Source: Eledone cirrhosa (taxonomy: Eukaryota). Taken from it: DNA of 64,000 bases. The notes below the pieces were generated by a model. The model worked only from the letters and a program-made list of their open reading frames with translations. It did not search any database and was not told the origin of the DNA. The stretch is taken from positions 290,904,001 to 290,968,000 of the forward strand of contig OZ024740.1 of assembly GCA_964016885.1 (NCBI GenBank), read 5' to 3'. The position numbers were made by a program, and so were the translations under genes. The first letter of the stretch is position 1; each line of letters opens with the position of its first letter. Below are positions 24,201-39,200 of the stretch, piece by piece.

Positions 24201-27200
24201 TTCCTAACACCAACCACATTTACAGTGTGGGACTGGGAGGTTTTTACCGTGTTGCCTACACGGCCACATTACAGCGTGGACTGTGTGTTTTTTTGTCGTG
24301 ACACCTACACGATCTCATTTGTTTCAGCCTGGATGTTGTGGCACCAACATAACTTTACATTGAAGGGGGCGGTGTGGATGGGACGGGGGTGGTGGGACGG
24401 GGGTGTATTTTGTTAGAGATGCCTACTGACTGTAGTAGGTTTTACTTTGTATTTAGGTAAGGCGGGTCTTCTCTATTACTGAGTACCGCCAAAGATCTCG
24501 GTCCAGTGACATTGTCTTGGAGAGGTGCAAATGTGTGAGGTCGGAATTTATCAGGTCGTCCCAGGTTTTTCTGGGTCTGCCTCCTCCGTGGCTACCGTCT
24601 ATCTTTATTGCCCTGCACTTTTTTATACAGCTGTCGTCTTTCATGCGCATCACGTGACCATACCAACGTACGTAGCCTTCTCTCGAGTAAACAACATCTG
24701 ATCCCTCTTATTTCTAATGTTTCCCTTAGTTCGTTTATGCTTTGCCGTTCGCGTATATTACTATTACACATCCAGTGGAGCATGCAAGCTTCGTTCCTCT
24801 CTAGTCTGCGTATATCCTCTGCACACAATGCCCAGGTCTCACTGCCATGCAACATTGCTGTTCGTATGCAGGCATCATACAGCCTGCCTTTCATTTTTAG
24901 GGAGAACCCTTTAGCGGCTAATAGTGGTATAAGCTCTCTGAACTTTTTCCATCCAGTTCTGACTCTAGCTACTGTACTTTCAGAGCACCCTCCGCCACTG
25001 CTGATTTTGTCACCCAGGTAACGGAAGCTGTCCACTATTTCTATAGAACCCTCTGCGCAATTGAAAGAGCTAGTATTTTGTGGGCACTTGCTGCTACTTA
25101 TTGCACCAGAGCACCGGCCACATGTAAAATCTGTGTTTTTAGTTAGCTTACCTGTGATCCCACTACACCTTTTATGCACCCATATTTTGCATTTGGGACA
25201 TAAAATGGAGTTTCTACCTACGCCTTTCCTACACACTGAGCATGGCCATTTCTCGGAAGGGACCGGCGCCTTATTTTCTTTCCTACAAATCTAGAACTTT
25301 AGTCTTAGCCAGGTTAATTTTAAGGCCTTTTGATTCTAGGCCGTGCTTCCATGTTTGGAATTTCTCTAGCTCGGCCATTGATTCAGCTATGAGCGTTAGA
25401 TCATCTGCGTATAGGAGTTCCCATGGGCAGTCGGTCTTGAACTCCACTGTTATAGCCTGAAGGGCAATAATAAATAGTAGGGGGCTAAGAACAGAGCCCT
25501 GATGAACACCAACTTTTACGCTAAACTCTTCACTATATTCGTTGTTAATTCTAACCTTGCTGACTGTTTCTTTATACATGGCTTGTATAGCTCTCACAAG
25601 CCATTCATCAACACCTAGTTTTCTAAGAGCCCACCAGATAATGGAACGGGGAACTCTGTCGAAGGCTTTCTCCAGGCCGACAAAAGCTAAATATAGGGGT
25701 TTACTTTTAGCTAGGTACTTCTCCTGTAGTTGTCGTACAATGAAAAGAGCGTCTGTGGTACTTTTGCCTGATACAAACCCGAACTGCATTTCATCTAGAT
25801 CAATTCTCTCTCTGATTAGTTGCGCTATTACTTTTTCCGTGACCTTCATGACCTGGTCGATTAATTTAATGCCTCTATAGTTACTCCTATCTAGGGCGTC
25901 TCCTTTACCCTTGTAGCAGTTAATGATGATGCTGCTACGCCAGTCCTTCGGAACAACCCCATTCTGTATGACTTGGTTTACTATCCGGGTGACCATGGTG
26001 TGTCCTACCGTTCCAGAGGCTTTCAGCATCTCAGCAACTATTTCCAAAGGCCCAGCTGCCTTACCTGTCTTCATATCTTTGATTGCCTTACTTATTATAC
26101 TACCTTCGACTAACACTGCTGGTCCCTCTATTGGGTCGATGTGGGGGAGACTGTCTTTCTCCCATTTATTCTCCTCATTTAGTAGCCTTTCGTAGTGACA
26201 CTTCTAAGCTACCTTCTTATCAGCGTCAGTGATGGCAAGTACGCCATCATCATTAACTACACACTTCTCCCCAACAATATCACGGTTTTCCTTGACACAT
26301 TGCCTAGCAATCCTGAACACCTCACGTTTTTGGTCCTCGCGTTGTAGAACATGCTTGAACTTTCTTTCCTCTGCTTCCCTTCTTGCGAAGTACACTTGTC
26401 TCCTAGCTTCCCTCCTGGCCACTTGATAGTCTTCTCTACTTCCCCCATCCCGCCATACTTTCCAAGCCTGCTTTTTGGCCTTAATTGACTCCTCCACCTT
26501 ACTGTTCCACCACCATGTTACTCTCCTCCTGCCTACAGGCCTGCTCCAGCCACAGTCTTCGTCTGCCGCCATCAGCAGGTTTGCTTTCAGGAATTCCCAC
26601 TGTTCCTCTATATTGTACGACTCTAATTGCTCTTCCTTACTGTCGAAAGCATCAAGTAATATGCTTTTAAATTTATTTCTAGCTGTAGGGTCCTTTAGCT
26701 TCCATATTTTTCTCCTGAGGATAATCCTCTTCTGCTGTCTAGTACGTCTCGTCCTGACTATGAGGTCGCTAATTATCAGTCTATGTTGGGAGGTGCATTC
26801 TTCATGGGGGAGGGATTTAGTGTTTACAACAGACACTCTGTCACGTCTTCTGGTAAGGATATAATCTACCTGGCTGGTATGTTCCCCTGGTCTGTAGGTG
26901 ATCAAGTGATTGTCTCGTTTTTTGAAGTTAGTGTTACAGATAGTTAGGTTAACATCATGCTAAGCTGTATCAGCCTTAGCTTTTCCCTTGGATAACATCA
27001 GTGGTATGGAGAAGGGAAATTTACTGATTTTTCATTAAGAAAATATCTTATCTATGTCTGCACCCTGGAGAGGAAATTTTTAGGTGTAGATATAGTGTTT
27101 CCCTTAACTAAGAGAGGCCTTAAGTATAACAGATGAAATATCAAAGAAAAGACAAAGTTAACTTTGTCATCACAAGAAAAACATGTTTTGTATCTTATGG

Positions 27201-30200
27201 TAAATTCATGTCTGACAAATTGAAAACAATAAAATTTACTTACAAAACTTTTAATTTCCTCCAATTCTGATTCCATTTCTCTCCAGTTATTTATAGCACT
27301 ATTAAACGTTTCTATGGGAGAAATAACACATGTATTATTAATATCTTGTTTAATTAAAGATGTGAGATTCACTGATGAAAGAGAAATTTGATTTTAAAAA
27401 TCCAATAAAATAATGTATCTAGAATTTATATTGGTAAATCATCAGCACCATTATTTAATATCTGCTTTTCCAGGTTGGCATGAGTTGGACAGATTGTCAC
27501 TGACAAAGTCAGTACTTAATTGAGGCTTCAGGCCCCTCAGACAAGCCAGAGCCCCATATCTTGCTTACATATGTTCCAACATTTTACAGAGTGTACTGGG
27601 TTGATTTTATTGTGGCACTGCTGGCACTAGAGGAGTTGTCATGCCCTAGACACAACTGAAGAGTCCTCTCAACCCTTTCTTTAGCATGGTTTCTACAGCT
27701 GGATACCCTTCTTGATGTTAACCACTTTACAGAATGTACTGGGTACATTTTATTATGGTACCAGCACTATGGAGGCTGTTGCACCCTCGAAATTTAACCA
27801 ACTATTAAAGCTCTGACATCTGGCAACTGACTAGGTAGGCACCCACAAAATTAATAACCATCTTGCCAACAACAACCGTGATTACCATTTTGAATTCCAT
27901 GTGTCTAACACCCGTGGACATGCTTACAAAATCAGAAAACAGCACAGCTCCCATGACTTTTGGGAACATTTTCTCACACTCAGAGTTGCTGAAGCATGGA
28001 ACAAATTACCTACATCAGTTGTTAGCTGTCGGGACACTACATCCTATAAAACTTCCATGCTTCCTGACATTCACCAACACTATACCTGATATTCCCCTGT
28101 CATACACATGCACGCATGTATCTGTGTGTATATTATGACTATTACACTGTTCACTTTCCTGACATTTGTACATTATTCTATGTTCTATACATACACCTTT
28201 GATGCATTGTAGTGCACTTGAACACTGTACACAATAATTTTCAATATCATTATTATATATTATACTATTATTGAGCAAGATAGCAAGAAGGAAGTTTTGC
28301 TGAGACAATGAAGGTGAATATAGCTTAAATTTCATCACCATCAACATTGATTTTACATTTACTTTTCCTAGCTTGCATGGGTTGGGATGAGATATTTTGA
28401 GACAAGTTTTCTTATATTGAATATTATTCCTGCTGCCAAATCATACCTATTTTGTTTTAATTTTGGTATAAATCACTAATGTTGATCCAACAGCTATGTT
28501 GCAGGATGTACTGTTTATGGGAGGTGTAAACAATATCACAGCTACCACTGACAGGCCATTTCTGGTGACTGACAAACAACACATACACACAACTATATAT
28601 ATATACATACACCTCTATATATACACATACCTATATATATATACAGGGTGTGGACGATATTTGTTCGCAATTTTCAACTGTTAATTTTATGCAAATTTTT
28701 TTACTTCCGTTGTCACTCTTGTCTTCATAAAAACAGTGACTATATTTCCATTATTTATTTTCAGAATAATTTTCATATTTTCAAGGGCGGTGGATTGGCA
28801 GTATCGGTAGAGGGTCGGACGCCATGCTTTCCAGCACAGTTACGTCCCTTTACGATCTGAGTTCAAATCCCGCCGAGGTTGACTTTGCATTTCAGCCTTA
28901 CGGGGTCGATAAAATAAAGTACCAGTAATGCACTGGGTAATTGCTGGCCTTGTGCCTAACGTAGAAACAATTATTTATTTTCAGAATAATTGATTATGAA
29001 TAATTTTGAACCTCCAAATTTGTGGAAGAGAGTACAATAACTAGGGTAAGAACGGGATGGAAGAAGTTTAGGGAACTACTACCACTGCTAGCTGCAAAAG
29101 GCTTCTCCCTCAGAATGAAAGGCAGACTGTATGATGCGTGTATCCGAACAGCGATGTTGCATGGTAGTGAGACCTGGGCGCTGAAGGTGGAAGACTTACG
29201 TAGATTAGAGAGAAACGAAGCCTGCATGCTCCGATGGATGTGTAACAGTAATATACGTGAACGACAAAGCATAAATGAATTGAGAGAGAGACTGAGCATA
29301 AGAGGAATCAAATGCTGCGTGCAGGAGAGGCGGTTATGCTGGTATGGACATGTGATGCGTATGAAGGATGACAGCTGCATAAAAAGGTGCAGAGCACTAG
29401 AAGTTGATGGAAACCGCGGAGTGGGGAGACCCAAGATGACTTGGGATGAGGTGATAAAAGCCGACCTTACCCAACTACACCTCTCAAAGTCAATGACACA
29501 CGACCGTGACTTCTGGCGTCACGCAGTAATACAGGGTACCCGACCTCCCATGGGTACATGCTGAAGCATATAAACAATATGCCCCCCCCCCCCCCCACCG
29601 CAAGGTGGTCGTGGAGGTGCCACGGCAAAAAAGCACCCAGCCCACACTGTAAAGTGGACGTGTAGGCGCCACGAAAAAGCACCCAGCACTCACTGTAAAT
29701 GAGGTTGGTGTTAGGAAGGGCATCCAGCTGTAGAAATCAAGCCAGATCAGTTCCTGTATGAGCAAGGCATGGTCAGCCGACCAGACACTGCCCACAACAG
29801 GACAACCCGTCTAACCCATGCTAGCGTGGAAGAACGGACGTAAAACGGTGATGATGATGATGATGATGATGACACAGAGTTCTTCTTGGAATCTGCGCCG
29901 GGAGGACAAATAAGGAAATTTCAGACTTTCTCAGCGTCAGCAGGAGAATGGTGGAAAAGGTCAGAAAGGAATTGGAAGATTCAGGATTCGACTACGAAGC
30001 AACATCAGAGAGGAAAACACATGATCGACGATCTGACGCCTTAAGAACGCCCGAGTTCGTCGCTGAAGTTCAGGATATCATCAACAATGAACCTAGCAAG
30101 TCGATGCATGCCATTGCAAGGGAGAAAGGCGTGGATGAAAAGCTCATTAGGCTGGTGTTACATGAAGACATTCGCTATGTTTCATACAAGATGAGGAAAG

Positions 30201-33200
30201 GACAATTTCTGTCAAAGGTGATGCAAGAAAAGTGAAACACCAACTGGAGCCAGACATGCTGTGGTTTTTCTCCGACGAGAAAAACTTCTGCCAAGACCAG
30301 AAGATCAACTCCCAGAACAACAGGTGGCTCACTGTCTCATCCATAGACATGCCCAGAGCATGCAGACAAAGTTTCCAGCGACAACATTGTCAAGGTGACG
30401 TCATGCCACCTCACTTCTTCCCTGAGGGCCTCAAGCTGAACACCGATGGCTACATCCGTGTTCTGAGTGAGGTAGTAAAGCCCTGGATCGACCAGGTAGC
30501 TGCAGGTAGGCCATAGGTGTGGCAGCAAGACTCAGCGCCCTGCCATACCAGCCGAAAGACCCAAGCCTAGCTGTCAGAGAACTTCGTCGACCACACTTCA
30601 CCTGACATCTGGCCTCCCAGCTCGCCTGACTGCAACCCCCTCGACTTCTTTGTGTGGGGTGCAGTGGAACGAGACACCAACAGATCTAGCTGCAATATGA
30701 AAGACGATCTGAAGGCCAGGATCACAAGTGCCTTTAGGGGTCTAAGGGGGACAGTGACGAAGGCCTGTAGCCGGTTCCGAGGCCGCCTTGAGGCCGTCAT
30801 CAAAGCCAATGGCGGGTTTATCGTGTGAGATCGAAAGAACAAGTCATGAAGACAAACTGACCCAAGTTTGATAAATATATCTTAAAAAATAAAACTACTG
30901 TCTTATTTTTTCCCATACAGTAATCTTGCGAACAAATATCGTCCGCACCCTGTATATATATATATATATACACACAACATTATATATCTATATATATTCA
31001 CATTATATATGTATACTAGCAGAATGGCCCGGCGGTGCTCGGGATTTGCTCTAGGGTTCTTATATATTTGATATATATTTATCCTTATCGAGCCTCGTGA
31101 AATAAATACGTTTGTTTATATTTTGTTATTGTGTATGCAAAAATATCTGTACACGAATATATAATTATATGTATATATATATTGAAATAACAGATTAAAG
31201 TTTAAGCAAAGAATCGCTGCTTTCACACTTTATTTCCCATTGCTCCAGTTTACTCAGCTGTAGAAATGAGATGGACTGGGGTCCATATCATTCCACTGGA
31301 AAGTGGTCGTGGAGGTGCCACGGCAAAAAAGCACCCAGCCCACACTGTAAAGTGGACGTGTAGGCGCCACGGAAAAAAAGCACCCAGCACTCACTGTAAA
31401 TGAGGTTGGTGTTAGGAAGGGCATCTAGCTGTAGAAATCAAGCCAGAATCAGTTCCTGTCCCACCCTTGCAAGCAGGGAAAAGCGGACGTAAAATGATGA
31501 TGATGATGATGTATAGACTGCATACCCACAATACCCACCTCACTCCATACATACACCTCACCATTTCTCTTCACATCTGCTGTGTTACACCTCCCTCATG
31601 CTGCACTAAACACTTTCCCAATCCATCTTCTTCTGAAACACTACCCTGTAGAAATTCCTCTCTAGAGTTTTCTGCAGACATTGACCAATAAATGTACAGA
31701 CATAACATCAACTATACTTATTTCACTGGTCTGGGAGGGTCAGCTCCCTCTTCTTTCTCTGACTAGATTATAAAAAGTAAAAAGTGATGGATTGAAAATT
31801 AACATCAAGACATATTTGTACATTGAGACAACTTGATAATTTGCAAGACCTCAATAAAGTGGGCCATTATAATCAGTGATTGGCTGAGGAGATTGAGAAG
31901 AGAGAGGTTAAAGCAAAGTTTGGAACTGCGAAGACTTTTGCAAATAATTTTGAGAAAACAGCCCTGTAAAGTTTACAGAGAAAATCAACTAAGATGTCCC
32001 TAACTGGTTTCTCAACCACCTAGAAATAGAAGCCAAATTTCAAATTATACCCTACAATCATGAAACAAGGAAGGAAGGACACCACTGACTGTTGTGTTGC
32101 TCAAGCACAGTTGACCATTATCTAAACCACAACAACAACAACAACGTCAACTGTCTCTAAGTCAAAAAGCTATAATTCAAATAATGAACCACAAAAATCC
32201 TGCCCAACTTTTGCCAGCAGGTAAAGCAGGTGTTAAATGATGATGATTAAAAAACAAACAAACAAAAGAAAAAATAAATACAGTGTAATACATACGTGGT
32301 GATTTTAACTGTAAAGTTTCCAAATTTATTTTATGCAACTGGACACTGGAAAAAATAGTTAAATCTAGTTTAGTAAAACACACATACATATGCAAATACG
32401 CTCCATCAGGCATCTACCATACTCTGAACGCCTTGCTTCCCTGGGCATGGACACATTGAAGCTCCGACACCTGGCAACTGACTTGGTAAACGCCCACAAA
32501 ATTGTTAACCATCTTGCCAACAACAACCCTGAGTACCTTTTTGATTTCCATGTGTCTAACACACGTGGACATGTTCACAAAGTCAGAAAACAGCACAGTT
32601 CCCATGACGTTCGGAAACACTTTTTCACGCCCAGAGTTGCTGAAGCATGGAACAAACTACCTGCATCAGTTGTTAGCTGTCAAGACACTGCATCCTTTAA
32701 AACCTCCATCCTTCATGAAATTTGCCAACACTACACCTAATATTCCCTCTCCACACACATACACACATGTATATCATGACTCATACACTATTCACTTCCC
32801 TGACATTTGTATATTATTCTATGTACTATACATGGACCTTTGATGAGTTGTAGTGCACCTGAGAACTTTACACAATAATTTCATTATTATTATTATTATA
32901 ATATATCTTGGCAGTCATAAACACTTGGTATCAAGGTCATAAAAATTTTCGTTGACCCTTCTGATGTCTGACAGATGGTGGTGAAGTGATGGTTGTTTTT
33001 TTCTTTTTCTTTTATCTCCATCATATATTTTTGTGCATTATATTTATAAGGTTTCTAGCAATAATTAGTTGTATATATTATGTGTTTATATTTTCATTCT
33101 CTAAGAAGTATTTATGTACTATACATTATACACTAGATATACTATATATTATACACCAGATATACTATACATTATACACCAGATATACTATATATTATAC

Positions 33201-36200
33201 ACTAGATATACTATATATTATACACTAGATATACTATACATTATACACCAGATATACTATACATTATACACCAGATATACTATACATTATACACTAGATA
33301 TACTATATATTATACACCAGATATACTAAATATTATACACCAGATATACTATATATTATACACTAGATATACTATATATTATACACCAGATATACTATAT
33401 ATTATACACTAGATATACTATATATTATACACCAGATATACTATATATTATACACTAGATATACTATATATTATACACCAGATATATTATATATTATACA
33501 CTAGATATACTATATATTATACACTAGATATACTATATATTATACACTAGATATACTATATATTATACACTAGATATACTAAATATTATACACACCAGAT
33601 ATACTATACATTATGCACTAGATATACTATATATTATACACTGGATATACTATATATTATACACCAGATATACTATATATTATACACCAGATATACTATA
33701 TATTATACACTAGATATACTTTATATTATACACCAGATATACTATACATTATACACTAGATATACTATATATTATACACTGGATATACTATATATTATAC
33801 ACCAGATATACTATATATTATACACTAGATATACTAAATATTATACACCAGATATACTATATATTATACACTAGATATACTATATATTATACACTACATA
33901 TACTAAATATTATACACTAGATATACTATATATTATACACCAGATATACTATACATTATACACCAGATATACTATATATTATACACCAGATATACTATAT
34001 ATTATACACCAGATATACTATATATTATACACCAGATATACTATATATTATACACCAGATATACTATACATTATACACTAGATATACTATATATTATACA
34101 CTAGATATACTATATATTATACACTAGATATACTATATATTATACACCAGATATACTATACATTATACACCAGATATACTATACATTATACACTAGATAT
34201 ACTATACATTATACACTAGATATACTATATATTATACACCAGATATACTTTATATTATACACTAGATATACTATATATTATACACTAGATATACTATACA
34301 TTATACACCAGATATACTATACATTATACACCAGATATACTATACATTATACACTAGATATACTATATATTATACACTAGATATACTATACATTATACAC
34401 TAGATATACTATACATTATACACTAGATATACTATACATTATACACTAGATATACTATATATTATACACCAGATATACTAAATATTATACACCAGATATA
34501 CTATACATTATACACTAGATATACTATATATTATACACCAGATATACTAAATATTATACACCAGATATACTATACATTATACACTAGATATACTATATAT
34601 TATACACCAGATATACTATATATTATACACCAGATATACTATATATTATACACCAGATATACTAAATATTATACACCAGATATACTATACATTATACACT
34701 AGATATACTATATATTATACACTAGATATACTATATATTATACACCAGATATACTATATATTATACACTAGATATACTATACATTATACACTAGATATAC
34801 TATACATTATACACTAGATATACTATATATTATACACTAGATATACTATATATTATACACTAGATACAGTATACATTATGCACTAGATATACTATATATT
34901 ATACACTGGATATACTATATATTATACACCAGATATACTAAATATTATACACCAGATATACTATATATTATACACCAGATATACTATATATTATACACCA
35001 GATATACTAAATATTATACACTAGATATACTATATATTATACACTGGATATACTATATATTATACGCTAGATATACTATATATTATACACTAGATACACT
35101 ATATATTATACACTAGATATACTATACATTATACACTAGATATACTATACATTATACACTAGATATACTATATATTATACACCAGATATACTAAATATTA
35201 GACACCAGATATACTATATATTATACACTAGATATACTATATATTATACACTAGATATACTATACATTATACACTAGATATACTATATATTATACACCAG
35301 ATATACTAAATATTATACACCAGATATACTATACATTATACACTAGATATACTATATATTATACACTAGATATACTATACATTATGCACTAGATATACTA
35401 TATATTATACACTGGATATACTATATATTATACACTAGATATACTATTATACACACAGGATATACTATATATTATACACCAGATATACTATACATTATAC
35501 ACTAGATATACTATACATTATGCACTAGATATACTATATATTATACACCAGATATACTATACATTATGCACTAGATATACTATATATTATACACCAGATA
35601 TACTATATATTATACACCAGATATACTATATATTATACACACCAGATATACTATATATTATACACCAGATATACTATATATTATACACCAGATATACTAT
35701 ACATTATACACTAGATATACTATATATTATACACTAGATATACTATATATTATACACACCAGATATACTATATATTATACACCAGATATACTATATATTA
35801 TACACCAGATATACTATATATTATACACTAGATATACTATATATTATACACTAGATATACTTTATATTATACACCAGATATACTATATATTATACACTAG
35901 ATATACTATATATTATACACCAGATATACTATATATTATACACAAGATATACTATATATTATACACTAGATATACTATATATTATACACCAGATATACTA
36001 TACATTATACACTAGATATACTATATATTATACACTAGATATACTATATATTATACACCAGATATACTATATATTATACGCTAGATATACTATACATTAT
36101 ACACTAGATATACTATACATTATACACTAGATATACTATATATTATACACTAGATATACTATACATTATACACTAGATATACTATATATTATACACTAGA

Positions 36201-39200
36201 TATACTATATATTATACACCAGATATACTAAATATTATACACTAGATATACTATATATTATACACCATATATACTATATATTATACACTAGATATACTAT
36301 ATATTATACACCAGATATACTATATATTATACACTAGATATACTATACATTATACACTAGATATACTATATATTATACACCAGATATACTATACATTATA
36401 CACTAGATATACTATATATTATACACCAGATATACTATACATTATGCACTAGATATACTATATATTATACACCAGATATACTATATATTATACACCAGAT
36501 ATACTAAATATTATACACCAGATATACTATATATTATACACTAGATATACTATATATTATACACTAGATATACTATACATTATACACTAGATATACTATA
36601 TATTATACACCAGATATACTAAATATTATACACCAGATATACTATACATTATACACTAGATATACTATATATTATACACTAGATATACTATACATTATGC
36701 ACTAGATATACTATATATTATACACCAGATATACTAAATATTATACACCAGATATACTATATATTATACACTAGATATACTATATATTATACACTAGATA
36801 TACTATACATTATACACTAGATATACTATATATTATACACCAGATATACTAAATATTATACACCAGATATACTATACATTATACACTAGATATACTAGAT
36901 ATTATACACTAGATATACTATACATTATGCACTAGATATACTATATATTATACACTGGATATACTATATATTATACACTAGATATACTATTATACACACA
37001 GGATATACTATATATTATACACCAGATATACTATACATTATACACTAGATATACTATACATTATGCACTAGATATACTATATATTATACACCAGATATAC
37101 TATATATTATACACCAGATATACTATACATTATGCACTAGATATACTATATATTATACACCAGATATACTATATATTATACACCAGATATACTATATATT
37201 ATACACACCAGATATACTATATATTATACACCAGATATACTATATATTATACACCAGATATACTATACATTATACACTAGATATACTATATATTATACAC
37301 TAGATATACTATATATTATACACACCAGATATACTATATATTATACACCAGATATACTATATATTATACACCAGATATACTATATATTATACACTAGATA
37401 TACTATATATTATACACTAGATATACTTTATATTATACACCAGATATACGATATATTATACACTAGATATACTATATATTATACACCAGATATACTATAT
37501 ATTATACACAAGATATACTATATATTATACACTAGATATACTATATATTATACACCAGATATACTATATATTATACGCTAGATATACTATACATTATACA
37601 CTAGATATACTATACATTATACACTAGATATACTATATATTATACACTAGATATACTATACATTATACACTAGATATACTATATATTATACACTAGATAT
37701 ACTATATATTATACACCAGATATACTAAATATTATACACTAGATATACTATATATTATACACCATATATACTATATATTATACACTAGATATCCTATATA
37801 TTATACACCAGATATACTATATATTATACACTAGATATACTATACATTATACACTAGATATACTATATATTATACACCAGATGTACTATACATTATACAC
37901 TAGATATACTATATATTATACACCAGATATACTATACATTATGCACTAGATATACTATATATTATACACCAGATATACTATAATATATTTTATACACCAG
38001 ATATACTAAATATTATACACCAGATATACTATATATTATACACTAGATATACTATATATTATACACTAGATATACTATACATTATACACTAGATATACTA
38101 TATATTATACACCAGATATACTAAATATTATACACCAGATATACTATACATTATACACTAGATATACTATATATTATACACTAGATATACTATACATTAT
38201 GCACTAGATATACTATATATTATACACTGGATATACTATATATTATACACTAGATATACTATTATACACACAGGATATACTATATATTATACACCAGATA
38301 TACTATACATTATACACTAGATATACTATACATTATGCACTAGATATACTATATATTATACACCAGATATACTATACATTATGCACTAGATATACTATAT
38401 ATTATACACCAGATATACTATATATTATACACCAGATATACTATATTTATACACCAGATATACTATATATTATACACTGGATATACTATATATTATACAC
38501 TAGATATACTATATATTATACACACCAGATATACTATATATTATACACACCAGATATACTATATATTATACACCAGATATACTATATATTATACACCAGA
38601 TATACTATACATTATACACTAGATATACTATATATTATACACTAGATATACTATATATTATACACACCAGATATACTATATATTATACACCAGATATACT
38701 ATATATTATACACCAGATATACTATATATTATACACTAGATATACTATATATTATACACTAGATATACTTTATATTATACACCAGATATACTATATATTA
38801 TACACTAGATATACTATATATTATACACCAGATATACTATATATTATACACAAGATATACTATATATTATACACTAGATATACTATATATTATACACCAG
38901 ATATACTATACATTATACACTAGATATACTATACATTATACACTAGATATACTATATATTATACACTAGATATACTATATATTATACACCAGATATACTA
39001 TATATTATACGCTAGTTATACTATACATTATACACTAGATATACTATACATTATACACTAGATATACTATATATTATACACTAGATATACTATACATTAT
39101 ACACTAGATATACTATACATTATACACTAGATATACTATATATTATACACTAGATATATTATACATTATACACTAGATATACTATATATTATACACTAGA

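Larger units (their letters stand above)
28644..30952 (+). mobile_element. Tc1/mariner-superfamily DD37D (maT) transposon, pseudogenised, with nested SINE and RTE
   Basis: 27-bp TIR CAGGGTGYGGACGATATTTGTTCGCAA with TA flanks; transposase ATG 28996 to TGA 30828: WFFSDEK, WQQDSAPCH-(37 aa)-WPPSSPDCNPLD. Confidence 0.92.

Noticed and set aside
24592-26905. Active RTE element
   Set aside because: 5'-truncated, with a stop, frameshifts and a D>G change in the FVDLEKAFD motif
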